A stretch of DNA of 64,000 nucleotides from contig CM060733.1 of the NCBI GenBank assembly GCA_030704615.1, positions 20,212,001-20,276,000 of the forward strand, written 5' to 3'. A program made the position numbers and the translations under genes. The stretch comes from Takakia lepidozioides. Taxonomy: Eukaryota > Plantae > Bryophyta. Shown piece after piece: positions 25,558 through 37,229 of this stretch (position 1 is the stretch's first letter; the number at the start of each line of letters is the position of its first letter). Below the pieces are notes generated by a model. It did no database searches and was not told where the DNA came from. It saw only the letters and a program-made list of their open reading frames with translations.

Positions 25558-28500
25558 ATGGGGTTCCAAGTAGGCCAAAGGGTGTTTCTGTCGCTTCCTG
25601 GATCTCCTTCAGTTGTTGCCTCAGGAGATTGCCTGAATGTTTCTGGGGAAGGAACTTGCCACGGACACCACTTGTGTTCGTCCACCATTTCAGTTACCCT
25701 GATCTTTTGTGATGACGCATTCGGCTCCTGTCCTCTGCCTTATTGGCACATGGATGCTAACACATTGATGGAGGTGATTGGGACTCCAGTTGTGTGGGAC
25801 GTGTCCTGTGTTCGCATGCATGAAACTGTGGATTCAGCATCCCAGAGAAACCCAGGATGTCATTCCATCACAAAAGATAGTAATTATGAAAGACAAAGCT
25901 CTAAAAGCAATAAAATTCCGTCAAACGGTGAGACTGAAGGGAATCTGCCTGTAGGTCTGGGGAGAGATTGTTGGAGAAACTTGCAATGTCTTCTTCTTGG
26001 GGAGGACGGAAACGCCCTGTTCGAAGGCCAAATTCAGGCATGCATTCCTAACGAGATCATTTTGAATGACAAACTCGGAGAGAACGATGTTGGGGTTCTG
26101 GTCACCAGAACAATCTCTGGAGAATTCGGTTCACTGATGTTGATTGTGAAATGGCCGTTAACAAAAACAAGACTTCTTGAAAATGGCCGGATACTCTCCG
26201 TTGATCTCGAAAATTTCCTACGATCATGCAGTGACATGGAGAATGACGACCATGGTACAGGCGTAAAGAAAGCAGCATACAGGCATTTTACTAGGAAGAA
26301 GAAACCATCCAATATGGAGGACTCCAAAAAGTGTAAGAAAAATCTTACTTTGGATGAAGTGAGGTCGATGAGCAGCAAACGTTGCTGCAAGCTTCAGTGC
26401 TGCCAGTATTTTGATTGGAGAAAAACCTTGGCAATTCGTACTTCATTTTGGGGTTCGTCATTCGATGAGAGGAGAGAACTTGGATTGAATGTTTCAAAAC
26501 GACTTCACATTATGGATGGGTCATCGCGCAGGTCGTATGTTACAATAGAAGGTGTTGATATTTATGAGAAAGCATGGTGGATAATACACGGAATTGGAAG
26601 GTCAACGTACATGGGGTACAAAAAGCTCAGTAAAGAGGGTTGTTTGTCATCTTTCCACGGAAATCGTGGCGTCAAGCGGCCTCGACCAGGGACACTCAAG
26701 GCAGAGGGGAACATCATGTCCATCATCAATGCCAATACTGACCTTATGCCTCACAAAACACGTTGCATTGGAGAGGGACGTCGGGATACTTTGAGAATTT
26801 TGCCACCCGAAATGAACTGGAAGAGAATTCGAGAGGAGTCCAACGAGGTGACTTTTATTCGTTGTCCCCTTTTGCTTTTTCAAAATACTGTGGCTGATTT
26901 TATTATTTTTGATGCCATCATGCTTTCTTGTTCTTCCACTTTGTAGAACCTCCACTGCCTAGTGGACGTTGACATTATTGGGGAGTTGGGGTGCAGACGA
27001 ACAGACTGCTCGGTTTGAAATGAGTCTCGCAGCCAGCTATGCGAGATGTTGAAGGACTTGATCAAGAAGTCAATTAAAAGGAGTTCTGAACAGGTCGCCC
27101 ATAAGCGGACGCTTGATTTGCACTTGAGGCATCAAGAATCATGTAGAAGATTGTACCATAGCTGGAGGAATGAGTCCATTATGATTCTGGAGGAGTTCTT
27201 GTGTATTATTCATGAAAAGATGGATCATAGGAAAACGGCTATTCCGAGGCTACAGACGACAAACAAGATGGTCTCGGGATTGGGTCAGTTGCATGTCTCA
27301 TTGACATGAATGGTTACGCACGGACACGGTGATGGAACTTACGCTCAATTTTCCCTTGAGTTCTAGAAAGGCAATTCAAACTTCACAGTTGGGTCGCTGG
27401 CTCGGTGCCTGCGCCAACTGGAAAAATGCACATGCCGGGAATCCAGGAACATTTTCGACACTGAAGTTCAAAATGATTTTTTTGAAACGCTCATGAGAGG
27501 TAAATCGAGATGTTTGGAGAAACCCTATAGGCCGCACGATAAACGTGGTGCTCGACCACTTCCTAGACGACTTTATTTGCAGATGGACAACTCCTCCAAG
27601 GACAATAAAAACAGATGGATGCTTGCTTTCATATCCCTCCTCACTGCCAAAGATATATTTGAAGAGATCCAGCTTGGTTTTCTCATGGTCGGGCATACCC
27701 ATGAGGATATTGACGGATTCTTTAGCTATCTCTCGAAGAAGCTAAAGGAACGCAACACCTACATTCTTCCGGATTTGATGAGGTCATTCATGATCTCCCA
27801 AGATATGCAATTCATTCCTCAAATCATTCAGGAGGTTCCCGACTTCAAGAAGTTTGTTAAGGGTTGTATTCATGATGGAAAGGAGATTTTGGTCAAGATC
27901 TCAGAGATGCACGTCTTTCGGTTTTTTAAGGATGCGGATGGCTGGCCTGTTATGAAGTATATGCAGTATATGCCGTCTTTGCCTTTGCAGGTCCTCACCT
28001 TTGTCGCTGTCGAGAGACAAACACGATCTGTCCAGTCCGGCTGGCGCGTAAAGTGAGTACAAGAAGTCAGCTACTGATTCGGAGTGGCTTCCTACAAACT
28101 CCAGCGTTAAGATGTGGAAGTCCAACCCTGATGGGATTCCAAATCTCCCTGAAGGAGACCCAGATGCCGTTCCAAGAAGACCGATATGGGGAGTCGGGGA
28201 TGACTCCTCAGAAAAACAGTCATAAAAAATGGTATTAAGAAATACAGAGATTTTTGGACCAAATGAATGTTGCTTGACGATCATTATCGGGGTGTGATGG
28301 AACAATATGACCAATACTAGGGAAATATTCTCGCCGAACTTGATAAGCCAATGCAGGACATTCCGGATCGTATTCAGCTTCTTGAGGGATTTTGGCCGAA
28401 AACAAATTGGTCCTCAAACCATCGGAGGGATGGCATCTAGCCACAGATACTAGAAGATATAGAAGATGAGGATGAAGTTCCAGAACCTTACTGTGGCCCT

Positions 28501-28910
28501 AGGTGCGAGCGTCCAAGGATACCCTTGAATCCGTTCAAGGATATTGAGAAAGGGTTTTTTGTGCTCGTTTGCCCTCATGACCCAACGACGTGCCCGGTTT
28601 GGATGGGAATGGCAATTTCAGATGTCATCCGAGAAAGGGAAGATCCTAATTTTAAGAAAGTGAAGGTGGAGTAGTAGAGACCGAAGAAAGGAGGTAACCC
28701 CTCAAACTTTGAGAGGTACAGGGACTGTTGGTCAAAAGTTTGGGAGTACAACCCGTCAGATCCTTCTCAATGGATCCACACGAACAATGTCATGTGGACA
28801 ATGCCGCCAGGAAAAAATACGACAAGAAATAGCACCAAGAGAATTACAGCGGTGGAAGCAGTGAAGGTGCGCGCGAATTTGGAGGTGGCTAACCTTCAGC
28901 CAGATACCTG
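25558..28910 (+). pseudogene. DDE transposase of the Sola-like/DUF7869 group, intron-containing, with stop codons
   Basis: Motifs CCKLQCCQ, HGNRG, LCIIHEKMD, LYLQMDNSSKDNKN and GFLMVGHTHEDIDGFFS. Probable intron 26848-26947. In-frame stops at ~27307 and ~27364. Confidence 0.8.
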
Positions 28911-29314
28911 AAGGTTTCCTTCTTACGAACCACTTTCCATCCATGGACTAAATGTTGAGGTCATTTCCGGTCTTTCGTTTTAAGATTTTAAAAAAAAATT
29001 ACGTTTTTTTCCCTTCGTGTTTGCGTTGGGTGATCCTTCCTGTCTTCTTTTTTTGTCGCACTGAACCTCGAGTGGGTAGTGGATGTTCCTCTATTTTCTT
29101 TTTGCCGTGTTGGACTCTGCACTGCTGTACATTTTGTTCATCTACATATATTCGTAACATAGGGGGTTGTGGCTTACAAAACAGACAGTGCACCCAAAAG
29201 AAAAAAAAATGCTAGCACAACCCCTGGATTCTTTCTTTTCTAATCCGGTCTAAATGTTTTTTTGCAATGTCTCGTTCTAGTGAGTGCGAGTCTTCTATAT
29301 TTATTTGTCCATTT

Positions 29315-30270
29315 ATACCCTTACCATCACCTCTAAATCCTTACCCTTCGTTTTACCCTTCGTTTTACCCTTCCCTTAACCCTTCCATAGGCTTAAGCCG
29401 GACACTCTTTACTCTTACCAAACACCAAAAACGTTTGTGTACTCCCATAAATCCAAACCCTAAACCCTTACCCTGGCCTTAATCCTTACCCTAAGCTTAA
29501 GCCTGACACTTACTACCTTAAACCATTACTCTTACCATATACCAAAAACCAGGTTAGTGTACTTAGACCCTACTTACACTTCAAACCAAGTTATTGTACT
29601 ACCATGTGTGAGTCTTCTATATTTGTTTGTCCCTTTGAACTACCCTAAATCCAAACCCTAAATCCTTACCCATTCCTTTACCTTGGCCTTAATCCTTACC
29701 CTAAGCTTAAGCCTGACACTTACTACCTTAAACCATTACTCTTACCATATACCAAAAACCAGGTTAGTGTACTACCTTACTTACACTCCAAACCAAGTTA
29801 TTGTACTATCAAGTGTGAGTCTTCCATATTTGTTTCTCCCTTTCTACCCTAAATCTAAACCCTTACCCTTCCCTTTACCCTTCCCTTAATAATCCTTACC
29901 CCAAGCTTAAGCGTGACCCTTAGCATCTTAAACCATTACTTTTACCATATACCAAAAACCTTAGTGTAGTACCATACTTATAATAAACTCCAAACCTTAT
30001 TGTACTACCATGTTACCTCTTGTAAAATTTGTATCATTCTCTTAATGTTTTCTTTAATTTTGTTGGATAACGTATGATAGAATGATTACATGGATATCAA
30101 ATTCCCCTTACATTTTTACATTCTACAGAGGTTCAGAGTCGTCCATATTTGTTTTTCTCTTTCTATCCTAAACCCTTTAAAACCCTAAACCCTTCTCCGA
30201 GTCACCACAAACTTGGACCTTATTGCACTTAATATATCTAATTACACCCCAAACCTTATTTTACTACCCT
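29315..30270. repeat. ~200-bp tandem units (3-4 degenerate copies) rich in telomere-like CCCTAAA/CCCTTAC/TAACCCT motifs
   Basis: ccttaatccttaccctaagcttaagcctgacacttactaccttaaaccattactcttaccatataccaaaaacc at ~29478, ~29688 and ~29890. Confidence 0.9.
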
Positions 30271-30724
30271 AGTAGGTCATCTTCCTAATGTTTCAATACT
30301 TGATATAAGTTGATAGTAATTTTGATTGAATCTTCATGTTGACAAGCACAATATTCATAGACATTGCCATTGGAATGATGTTTTGGGTGTGAGAAGGGCA
30401 GTAAAATATTAAAATAGCTTGATAGAGTACTATGAGTCTATCCCATGTTTGATTCGACACATTTGTTTATCGTGATTACATAATGTAATATTACATCATT
30501 CGACTTCCCAGTGGACGTTCAATGAATTGTTCAGTTACACTGCAACTTCACAAGTACTTCAATGTCAAATGGACATCTTATATGTTATATTTTGAAGCAA
30601 GTATGATATCACTTGTAATTTCACAAAGTTCAATCACACATTACTATCCAAGATATTATTAATATTTGAATTAATTTGAATTAAAATGTATATTAAGTTT
30701 GGTCCGGATTTAAGCCAAAAGTCC

Positions 30725-31780
30725 AGAATTAGTTAAAATAGGGTTTTGCACTCCTATCGCCACTCCAGCGGACCCTAACATTCGGTTTGATGACACCTCA
30801 GATATTCTTGAGGACTCAGACCTATCTTTCCCCTATGCAGAAGCAGTTGGGAGCTTGCAATTTGCTCAAATGGGTAGCCGTCTGGACATTACTTATGCAG
30901 TTAACACAGTGGCCAAGTTCTCTTCCAAACCACGAAGGTCCCTACCTTACAGTCAAACGGATTTTCAGATATCTGTCTGGCACTATTAAGTTGGCTTTAT
31001 GCTATGATGGGAACACTGGCACAAATCTCATACAGGCTTATGCGGATGCTGATTACGCGGGGGATGTTACAGATCGCAAATCAAGAAGTGGCTGTGTCAT
31101 ACTTCTGAACCAAGGTCCTGTCATTTGGTGTAGTCGCAAACAAGCCTGTGTTGCTAGCTCCACTATGGAGGCTGAATATGTGGCTGTGAGCATGGCAACG
31201 AAGGAAGTAGTTTGGTTTCGTTGCTTACTGACCAACCTTGGATTTCATCAGCCGCAACCAACCAAACTCTTCAGCGACAATCAAAGTTCCATCCGGCTCG
31301 TGCATAATCCTGAATTCCACATGAGGACAAAGCATATTGACGTCTAGTACCATTTCATCATAGAGCATCAGCTTCTTGGTACCATCAATGTTCTTTACGT
31401 TGCTACTATAGAGCAACTCGCAGATTTATTCACTAAAGCGTTCCCTGCTGATCGATTTCAGAAACTTTGCATGTTACTTGGCCTGACTATCTTGCCCACA
31501 GCGGAAGCAGTGGGAGGTTGATCACTTTCCATCTAGACTTTACAGCTCGTTTTGTCTGCAGACAATACTCACTCAGTGGGAGTGTAGAAAATATCTAGTT
31601 ACCGTGGCTAGTGTGCACGTAGGACAGTAGGATATGTACTTCAAAATACTGCAGATCGGCCTTACTCATTAGTTAGCACTCTCTCCCACGATCTCCAGTT
31701 ACTCATCAGATAACTGAAAGAGTCGTCACATAGTTTGAACCAACGGAGCGTCGGCTGGGTGGACTCCATTATGTCTCTCT
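30725..31780 (+). mobile_element. Ty1/Copia 3' fragment: end of RT, RNase H, PPT and start of 3' LTR
   Basis: VKRIFRYLSGT, AYADADYAGDVTDRKSRSG, WCSRKQACVASSTMEAEY, SDNQSSIRLVHNPEFHMRTKHIDV, EQLADLFTK. PPT-like agtgggag is followed by TGTAG at 31583. Confidence 0.92.
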
Positions 31781-31869
31781 TGCAGGAGTGTCTTTCAAGA
31801 GGAAGGACCAGCTAGCTGGAAAGAAGAACACCCACATTATTGAAACTGAACTCAAGCCAAACATCTGTC

Positions 31870-32545
31870 TAGTGAACATCCGCGTCAATATGTGAAAAGT
31901 GGGGGAATGTGGCATATGCACGTCGAGTGTTTGACAAACTGCGTGAATGAAATTTCTCTACATGGAATATTATGGTAGGACATCATCAAAAGCCGGGATT
32001 CTCCCAGATCTTATTCTGGAGACTGCCCTTGTTGGCATGCTGGCAGCACGAATGATGCGCAACAAGTGTTCGACAGCATGGCCCAACGAAATGGGGTCAT
32101 GAGGAATGTCATGATTGCAGATGATTGCTACAAATGTTTGCAGTCGGGAGAAGTAGCTAGGAAGCAAACAGGGTTTTGTCCAACACATTCTTCCACTGCT
32201 TCTGCCAGCCTAGGAGCCCTGGAAAATGTCAAAGAGCAAAGTGTTTGACGATTATCGTTCAACAAAATGTGGTCTCAAGGACTGGTACGATTGGAGGATA
32301 TGCCCCTGAGATTGGGCTTGGTAGGGAGGCTTTGGATTTGTATGAACAGATATGCAACAATTGTGAGACTCAATTTAGGGTAACGTATATTTGTAGTTCG
32401 CAGTCCTAGAAGGGGAATGATGTCCATGCCAAAATCATTAAAGCTCGAATTGCTTCAAATCAATTTGGACAACACTCTTGTTGGATGTGCGACAAATGTG
32501 GGAGCATGAAGGGTGTCAAGCATTTGACAGTACGCTTGAACGAGC
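31870..32545 (+). pseudogene. Highly degenerate PLS-class PPR fragment
   Basis: Remnants ARRVFDKL, KAGILPDLILETALVGM, AQQVFDSMAQRNGV, ASASLGALE and GLGREALDLYEQ across several frames. Confidence 0.7.
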
Positions 32546-32557
32546 ACGGAATAAATC

Positions 32558-32760
32558 AGGCCACGTACACACTACAGCTCTGAAACGTGGCAGCGGCAGC
32601 GCGCCATGTCAGGGACGCTAACGGCCGCGACCTGTGATAACCGGTTACCATAGCCCACACTTGCCGATATATGGAAGCCCACATGTGTGAACCGGCTGTG
32701 ACCAGTGGAGGAGTGACACACAGCTGCCCTGCTCCCTGCTGCTGGAGGGTATATAACGGC
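32558..32760 (+). promoter_or_regulatory. ABA-responsive-type promoter of the + strand Em copy
   Basis: GCCACGTA (~32560), ACGTGGC ABRE (~32585), CACATGTG (~32680) and TATATAA (~32750), followed by a 5' UTR intron ending ...gtgcag at ~33393. ABREs are typical of Em promoters. Confidence 0.65.
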
Positions 32761-33417
32761 TAGAGCCGCCATCAACTGCAGCACACCACACTCTTCCTGT
32801 ACTAGTGCTTTCTGTCTGTAGAGAGTGTATCTGTGTTGTACAGGTGCGGGCCTCTTGATCGAGTTTGGTGTTAAGTTTGAGGTGAGGACTGCATTTGTGC
32901 ATGTCAGCTACTTGACCTCTCAGAGTGCTTCGAATGTCTTGGCCAGACGTAAAGTAGGTAGGTGTCAGCAGTTTTAGTTGTGAGCCAAACGAGCTGTAAC
33001 AGTTAATATGGGTCGGGTACATTATGTATGCGAGAACTGAGAGCCAGGAAGAGGGTAGCTTGAAGCGACCTTCACATTTGCAAACTTTAGTTTATGAAAA
33101 TTGGATATCTTGTGCCGGCCATACTTTTCGTGGATTGATAGAGAAAAAACCTGATGGGTATTTCCAATCCGGAAAAGATGGTTCAAACAGATGAGTGGTA
33201 GTGTTCAAGTGTCTGTATATGCGTTTAAAAGTGTACTTCCAAAAATGGTTGTTAATTCCTGGCTGCTGTTGATCGAAGATCAACAGCTACATTGTTCGTC
33301 CACGCCTGTTTTCTCGCATTGACTCACTACATTAAATGATTGTATCGTCTTTTTTTATTATACGTTTGATCGCCAGACGAATTTCATGTGCAGGGAAAGA
33401 GCAGCTAAGTGAAGACA

Positions 33418-33927
33418 ATGTCGTCTAAATCGGAGAGGAGCGAGCTCGATGCCAGAGCTCACGCCGGCGAAACTGTGGTGGAGGGAGGTACCGGTGGTCT
33501 GAGTATGTACGCCCAAGAGCGCTTGGCTGAGGGTATGAGCATTTCGTATAGGATTTATGGGCGATGAATTTGTTAACTGTAGTAGGGTCGGTTGGACTTA
33601 GTCTCATCCGCCGCTTGAAAGAATGTGATCGCGGAAGAGAGGAAATTGGAGCAAGTTTGTTCTGTGGTTTTCTTCTAGTGAACAGTATTCGTACTTTACT
33701 GTCGAGTGTTTGACATGCCATAGCACATTGCGTCTTGACGCTGTCTGTAAAAGCCTCAAAGATTTTATAATCTAATATTATCGTCTGAAGTGGAAGTGTT
33801 TACGCTTATTTGTTGGATATTGAATCTCTTAAATATGCAGGTCGTAGCAAGGGAGCAGTCTGGAGGAGAAGCTGCTGCAGAAAAGGGAATCGAAATCGAT
33901 GAATCGAAATTCAAGAACAATATGTGA
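33418..33927 (+). pseudogene. Em / LEA group 1 paralogue with a 77-nt frameshifting deletion in exon 2 (exons 33418-33532, 33841-33927)
   Basis: [39 protein letters not shown]|RSKG then jumps to gagcagtctgga. It lacks the 77 nt present in the copy at 46376-46930. Confidence 0.88.
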
Positions 33928-35122
33928 AGCTGACATCATGCCATTGATGCCAGTGTTCACAAATTCCTATGGGTAGTTCGCCCATGGGTTGGACTTGTAC
34001 AGAATTGCAAATATATCGTGTAGTAGTTTTTGAAATCCGTGCAGTTCTCTGAACTACAGAACTTGCAAAATGCGTAGTCGTTACATGTTCGCTGGGGATG
34101 GTGGCTATTGCACTTACACGGAGCCTGTACCCTGCACTCTGCAGGAAGAATATGCTTGAATGGTTTTGATGTCGAAAGTATTATGTGTTCATAGCACTGA
34201 ATCTATCTACATCATTTGAAATGGCTGTTAATTTCTCAAATTGTGCGTGGTGGTAATTCAGATTGTATACCCATAATACATGATTGTTATGATTAAAAAA
34301 AAATGAACCTGCTTAAGTGCACGCGTGTAAAAACGATTTTCATGTGTATGGAATACTCCGCATCTGAAGTGAAAAAGTAGTCACATAAGTATATACAATT
34401 ATATGTAAGTAGACACAAATTAATCGCAAATACACTTGATTGTTACACTGATTTGGCAACTTTGTTACATAATTGAGTTACAACAATCTGTTGGCGATCT
34501 CCTGTGACTGTATGAAATTCTTTTCTTCCCCTAACTAATTGAAGAGGAATCCATGACACTGAATCTGACTCGTCCACTATCTCACGAGTCTAAAATATTC
34601 GATGAGTTTCTTCTTACTCGGATTCTAGGGATCCATCTATCGAGAGCACTACTGCGGTTTATACTGGCACCAATACTGAATTAGAACTCTTGGCACTCTT
34701 GTCAAGTGATATATTATGACTCGTGGGCGCATATTTATCCTGCGAACGACATGTTGGGACGCTGTGGTGAGGATTGCAACAACCCTGCAAACAGTCACCA
34801 CAAAAATGTTACAATGATAGTTGATATATGTAGGTTGATCTCTTCATCCTTTTCCTAGTTATATGCTATATTTCTATAACTCGATGAAAATAGATGTCTC
34901 CATAATAGCATGCTCGTAGAGTATAGCTTTACCTACTGCACTAAACGTAGCGTTAGCTATTTCAGGAATAGCGAGTCCCGGTATAAGAGGAGAGGCAAGC
35001 TTCAAGCTTCTTCAATCTTCCTGCGTGGTTGGGAGGAGAGCTCTTAAAGACCCCAATACTTGTTTAGTTTCGCATCCTGCTTATTTCAGAAGTATAAGAT
35101 TGTGTTCGTGGGTTTTTATTAC

Positions 35123-36413
35123 AACATGGTACCAGAGTTCAACTACAACTACAATATGGTACTAGAGTTCAACCGCCGCGCCGATCAGTTTGAGCAAGCC
35201 TCGACGGTGGCTCGATTGGCGAACCAAGTTAGTTCAGTTGAAGCCTCATTGGCGGCGATGCAGCGAGAAACTCAACTCGGTTTATTTTCAATTAAAGCAA
35301 GCCAAACCCAGATGCAAGCGTCTTTGGCGGCGATGCAGCAAGAAATTCGACTCGGTTTATGTTCAATTAAAGCATGCCAAGCCCAGATGCAAGACTCTAA
35401 TTTGGCGGCGATGCAGCGAGAATCTCAAGTCCACGGCTTACAGACAAACCGAGTCAGTTCAATTAATGAAGCAAACCAAGCCCAGAAGCAAGCCACTTTG
35501 GCGGCGATGCAGCAAGAAATTCAACAAGGTTTACCGGCAAATCGAATTAGTTCAATTGAAGCAAGCCAAGCCCTGATGCAAGCCTCCAATTTGACGGCGA
35601 CGCAGCGAGAATCTCAACGCCAAGGTTTACTGACAAAAATTGAAGAAGCAAACCAAGCCCAGAAGCAAGTCTCTTTGGCGTCGATGCAGCAAGAACGTCT
35701 ACAAGGTTTACCGGCAAATCGAATTAGTTCAATTGAAGCAAGCCAACCCCAGATGCAAACCTCCAATTTGCTGGCGACGCAGCGAGAATCTCAACTCCAA
35801 TACAGACAAACCAAGTTAGTTCTATTAAATAAGCAAACCAAGCCCAGAAGCAAGCCTCTTTGGCGGGAATGCAGCAAGTCGAACTTCCACAAGGTTTACC
35901 GGCAAACCGAACTAGTTCAACTCATGAAGCAAGCCAAGCCCAGACGCAAGCCTCTTTGGTGGTGATGCAGCAAGAATTTCAACAAGGTCTACAGGAGAAC
36001 CGAGTTAGCTCAATTGAAGCAAGCCAATCCCAGCTTGCCTCTTTGGCGATGCAGCGAGACATTGCGACTGTCGTTGCCAATATGAACTCTCGAGACATGC
36101 AGGAGCGGGCCACATATAGTCGGCCTGTGCTGAATCAGCCAAAAACCAAGACCGCCCACAGGAATATAGCTGAAGAGGCAACTGAACCATCTGCGGCTCG
36201 AACCTACATGAGGATCCGCGTCCTCGAGGTCAATCAAAGGCTGTAGTTCATGTCACTGTCGTCGAGCCCGGATGCTTCAGCTTTACTTGACGACATCAAG
36301 GATGTTGTCCGCGGCACTCGTGTGGAAGCCCAAGTAGCAGCATTCACTCATGCGTCTCTGCTGCTCCCATATTTCAGGAACCGATTGATTGAGGATTTGA
36401 GAACTCTAGAGTG
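35123..36413 (+). pseudogene. Gln/Ala-rich tandem-repeat (predicted coiled-coil) ORF of unknown function, frameshifted near 35800 and with a stop at ~36244
   Basis: About ten copies of a 22-30 aa unit SSIEASQAQ(M/K)QASLAAMQQE..QGL.ANR. TATA-like GTATAAG at 34981. No recognisable domain. Confidence 0.55.
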
Positions 36414-36455
36414 AGCGTTTCGCAGGTCTGATCATTTGGTATCAACGAAGCCTAC

Positions 36456-37215
36456 TGTTGAATGGGATGTTTTCTGCAACTCCAACGCACTAGATCAGCT
36501 CTCTAGATCAGTGCCAGCTTTGTAGGATGTCACCGCTGCACCACCGCACCTTCTAGCGGTGACTTAACTAGGGCTCCTACAAATTAGCAATACTATCATG
36601 CCCCACTGCAGCTCTATATATAACTCAGCTAGTATGGAGCGAACTCTCTCTCCAGATTGTTATATGTAATTAGCCTCGTGATGCTTTTTGGCAAAAAGAC
36701 ACTCCAAGGTTAATCTAGCTTTGTCTGCAAAGTGTGTAGTGGTGTGTAGTACTGGTTCTTGATTGCACTAATTATTCACTGTTTGCTATGTAGAGTTTGT
36801 GTCATGTATGTCTCTTTTTTAGTGAACTTACAACCACTACATTTAACAGGTTATGGGCCCACGCTTCTAGCTGGGTGCTTTGTTTTGTTCTATTGTATTC
36901 TTTCTTTACATTCTCTTTCATAGTTTTTGCCTTTTGCTTTCCTGTTGAGATGAGTCTTCAAGCACAGAATGATAGAGCAGTCTCATAGTGCAGTAGGTGA
37001 ATTGCTTAAGATATTTATTAAAAAAAATAAAAATCTGAGAGAGCAGCGCCATGGAGGTGGCAAAAGAGTTAAGTAATCAATGGTGAGGGTTTTGCCATGT
37101 CGAAGTATCAGATGAAAGCAATTTTTAGAGGAAAAGAGCTTATGTCCGTTGTTGATGGGACTGAGCCAAAGCCAGCCAAAGTGCATGGAGTCAATGGAGC
37201 ACCGGACGTAGATCC
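36456..37215 (+). mobile_element. Ty1/Copia 5' fragment: LTR (~36456-36848), PBS and gag N-terminus
   Basis: LTR ends ...AACA followed by GGTTATGGGCCCA (36849-36861), the copia-type internal tRNAiMet-fragment PBS. Gag motif NGEGFAMSKYQMKAIFRGKELMSVVDGTEPKP. LTR start is inferred. Confidence 0.82.
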
Positions 37216-37229
37216 TGACCTAGTAGCAA

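Larger units (their letters stand above)
22446..30715 (+). mobile_element. Large DNA transposon remnant carrying a Sola/DUF7869-like transposase, with repeat-rich subterminal arms
   Basis: Central transposase pseudogene. Left arm has many gtagtcata/atgactac motifs (22620-22990) and right arm has ~200-bp tandem units (29310-30270). AT-rich ends near 22455 and 30710 are only loosely inverted, so boundaries are uncertain. Confidence 0.5.

Noticed and set aside
29315-30200. Interstitial telomere marking a chromosome fusion
   Set aside because: The CCCTAAA motifs are isolated and embedded in ~200-bp tandem units, not a continuous telomeric tract.
31583-36848. The two Copia fragments being parts of one element
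   Set aside because: Their LTR sequences (31583 onward versus 36456-36848) do not resemble each other, and the order (3' piece before 5' piece) is wrong.
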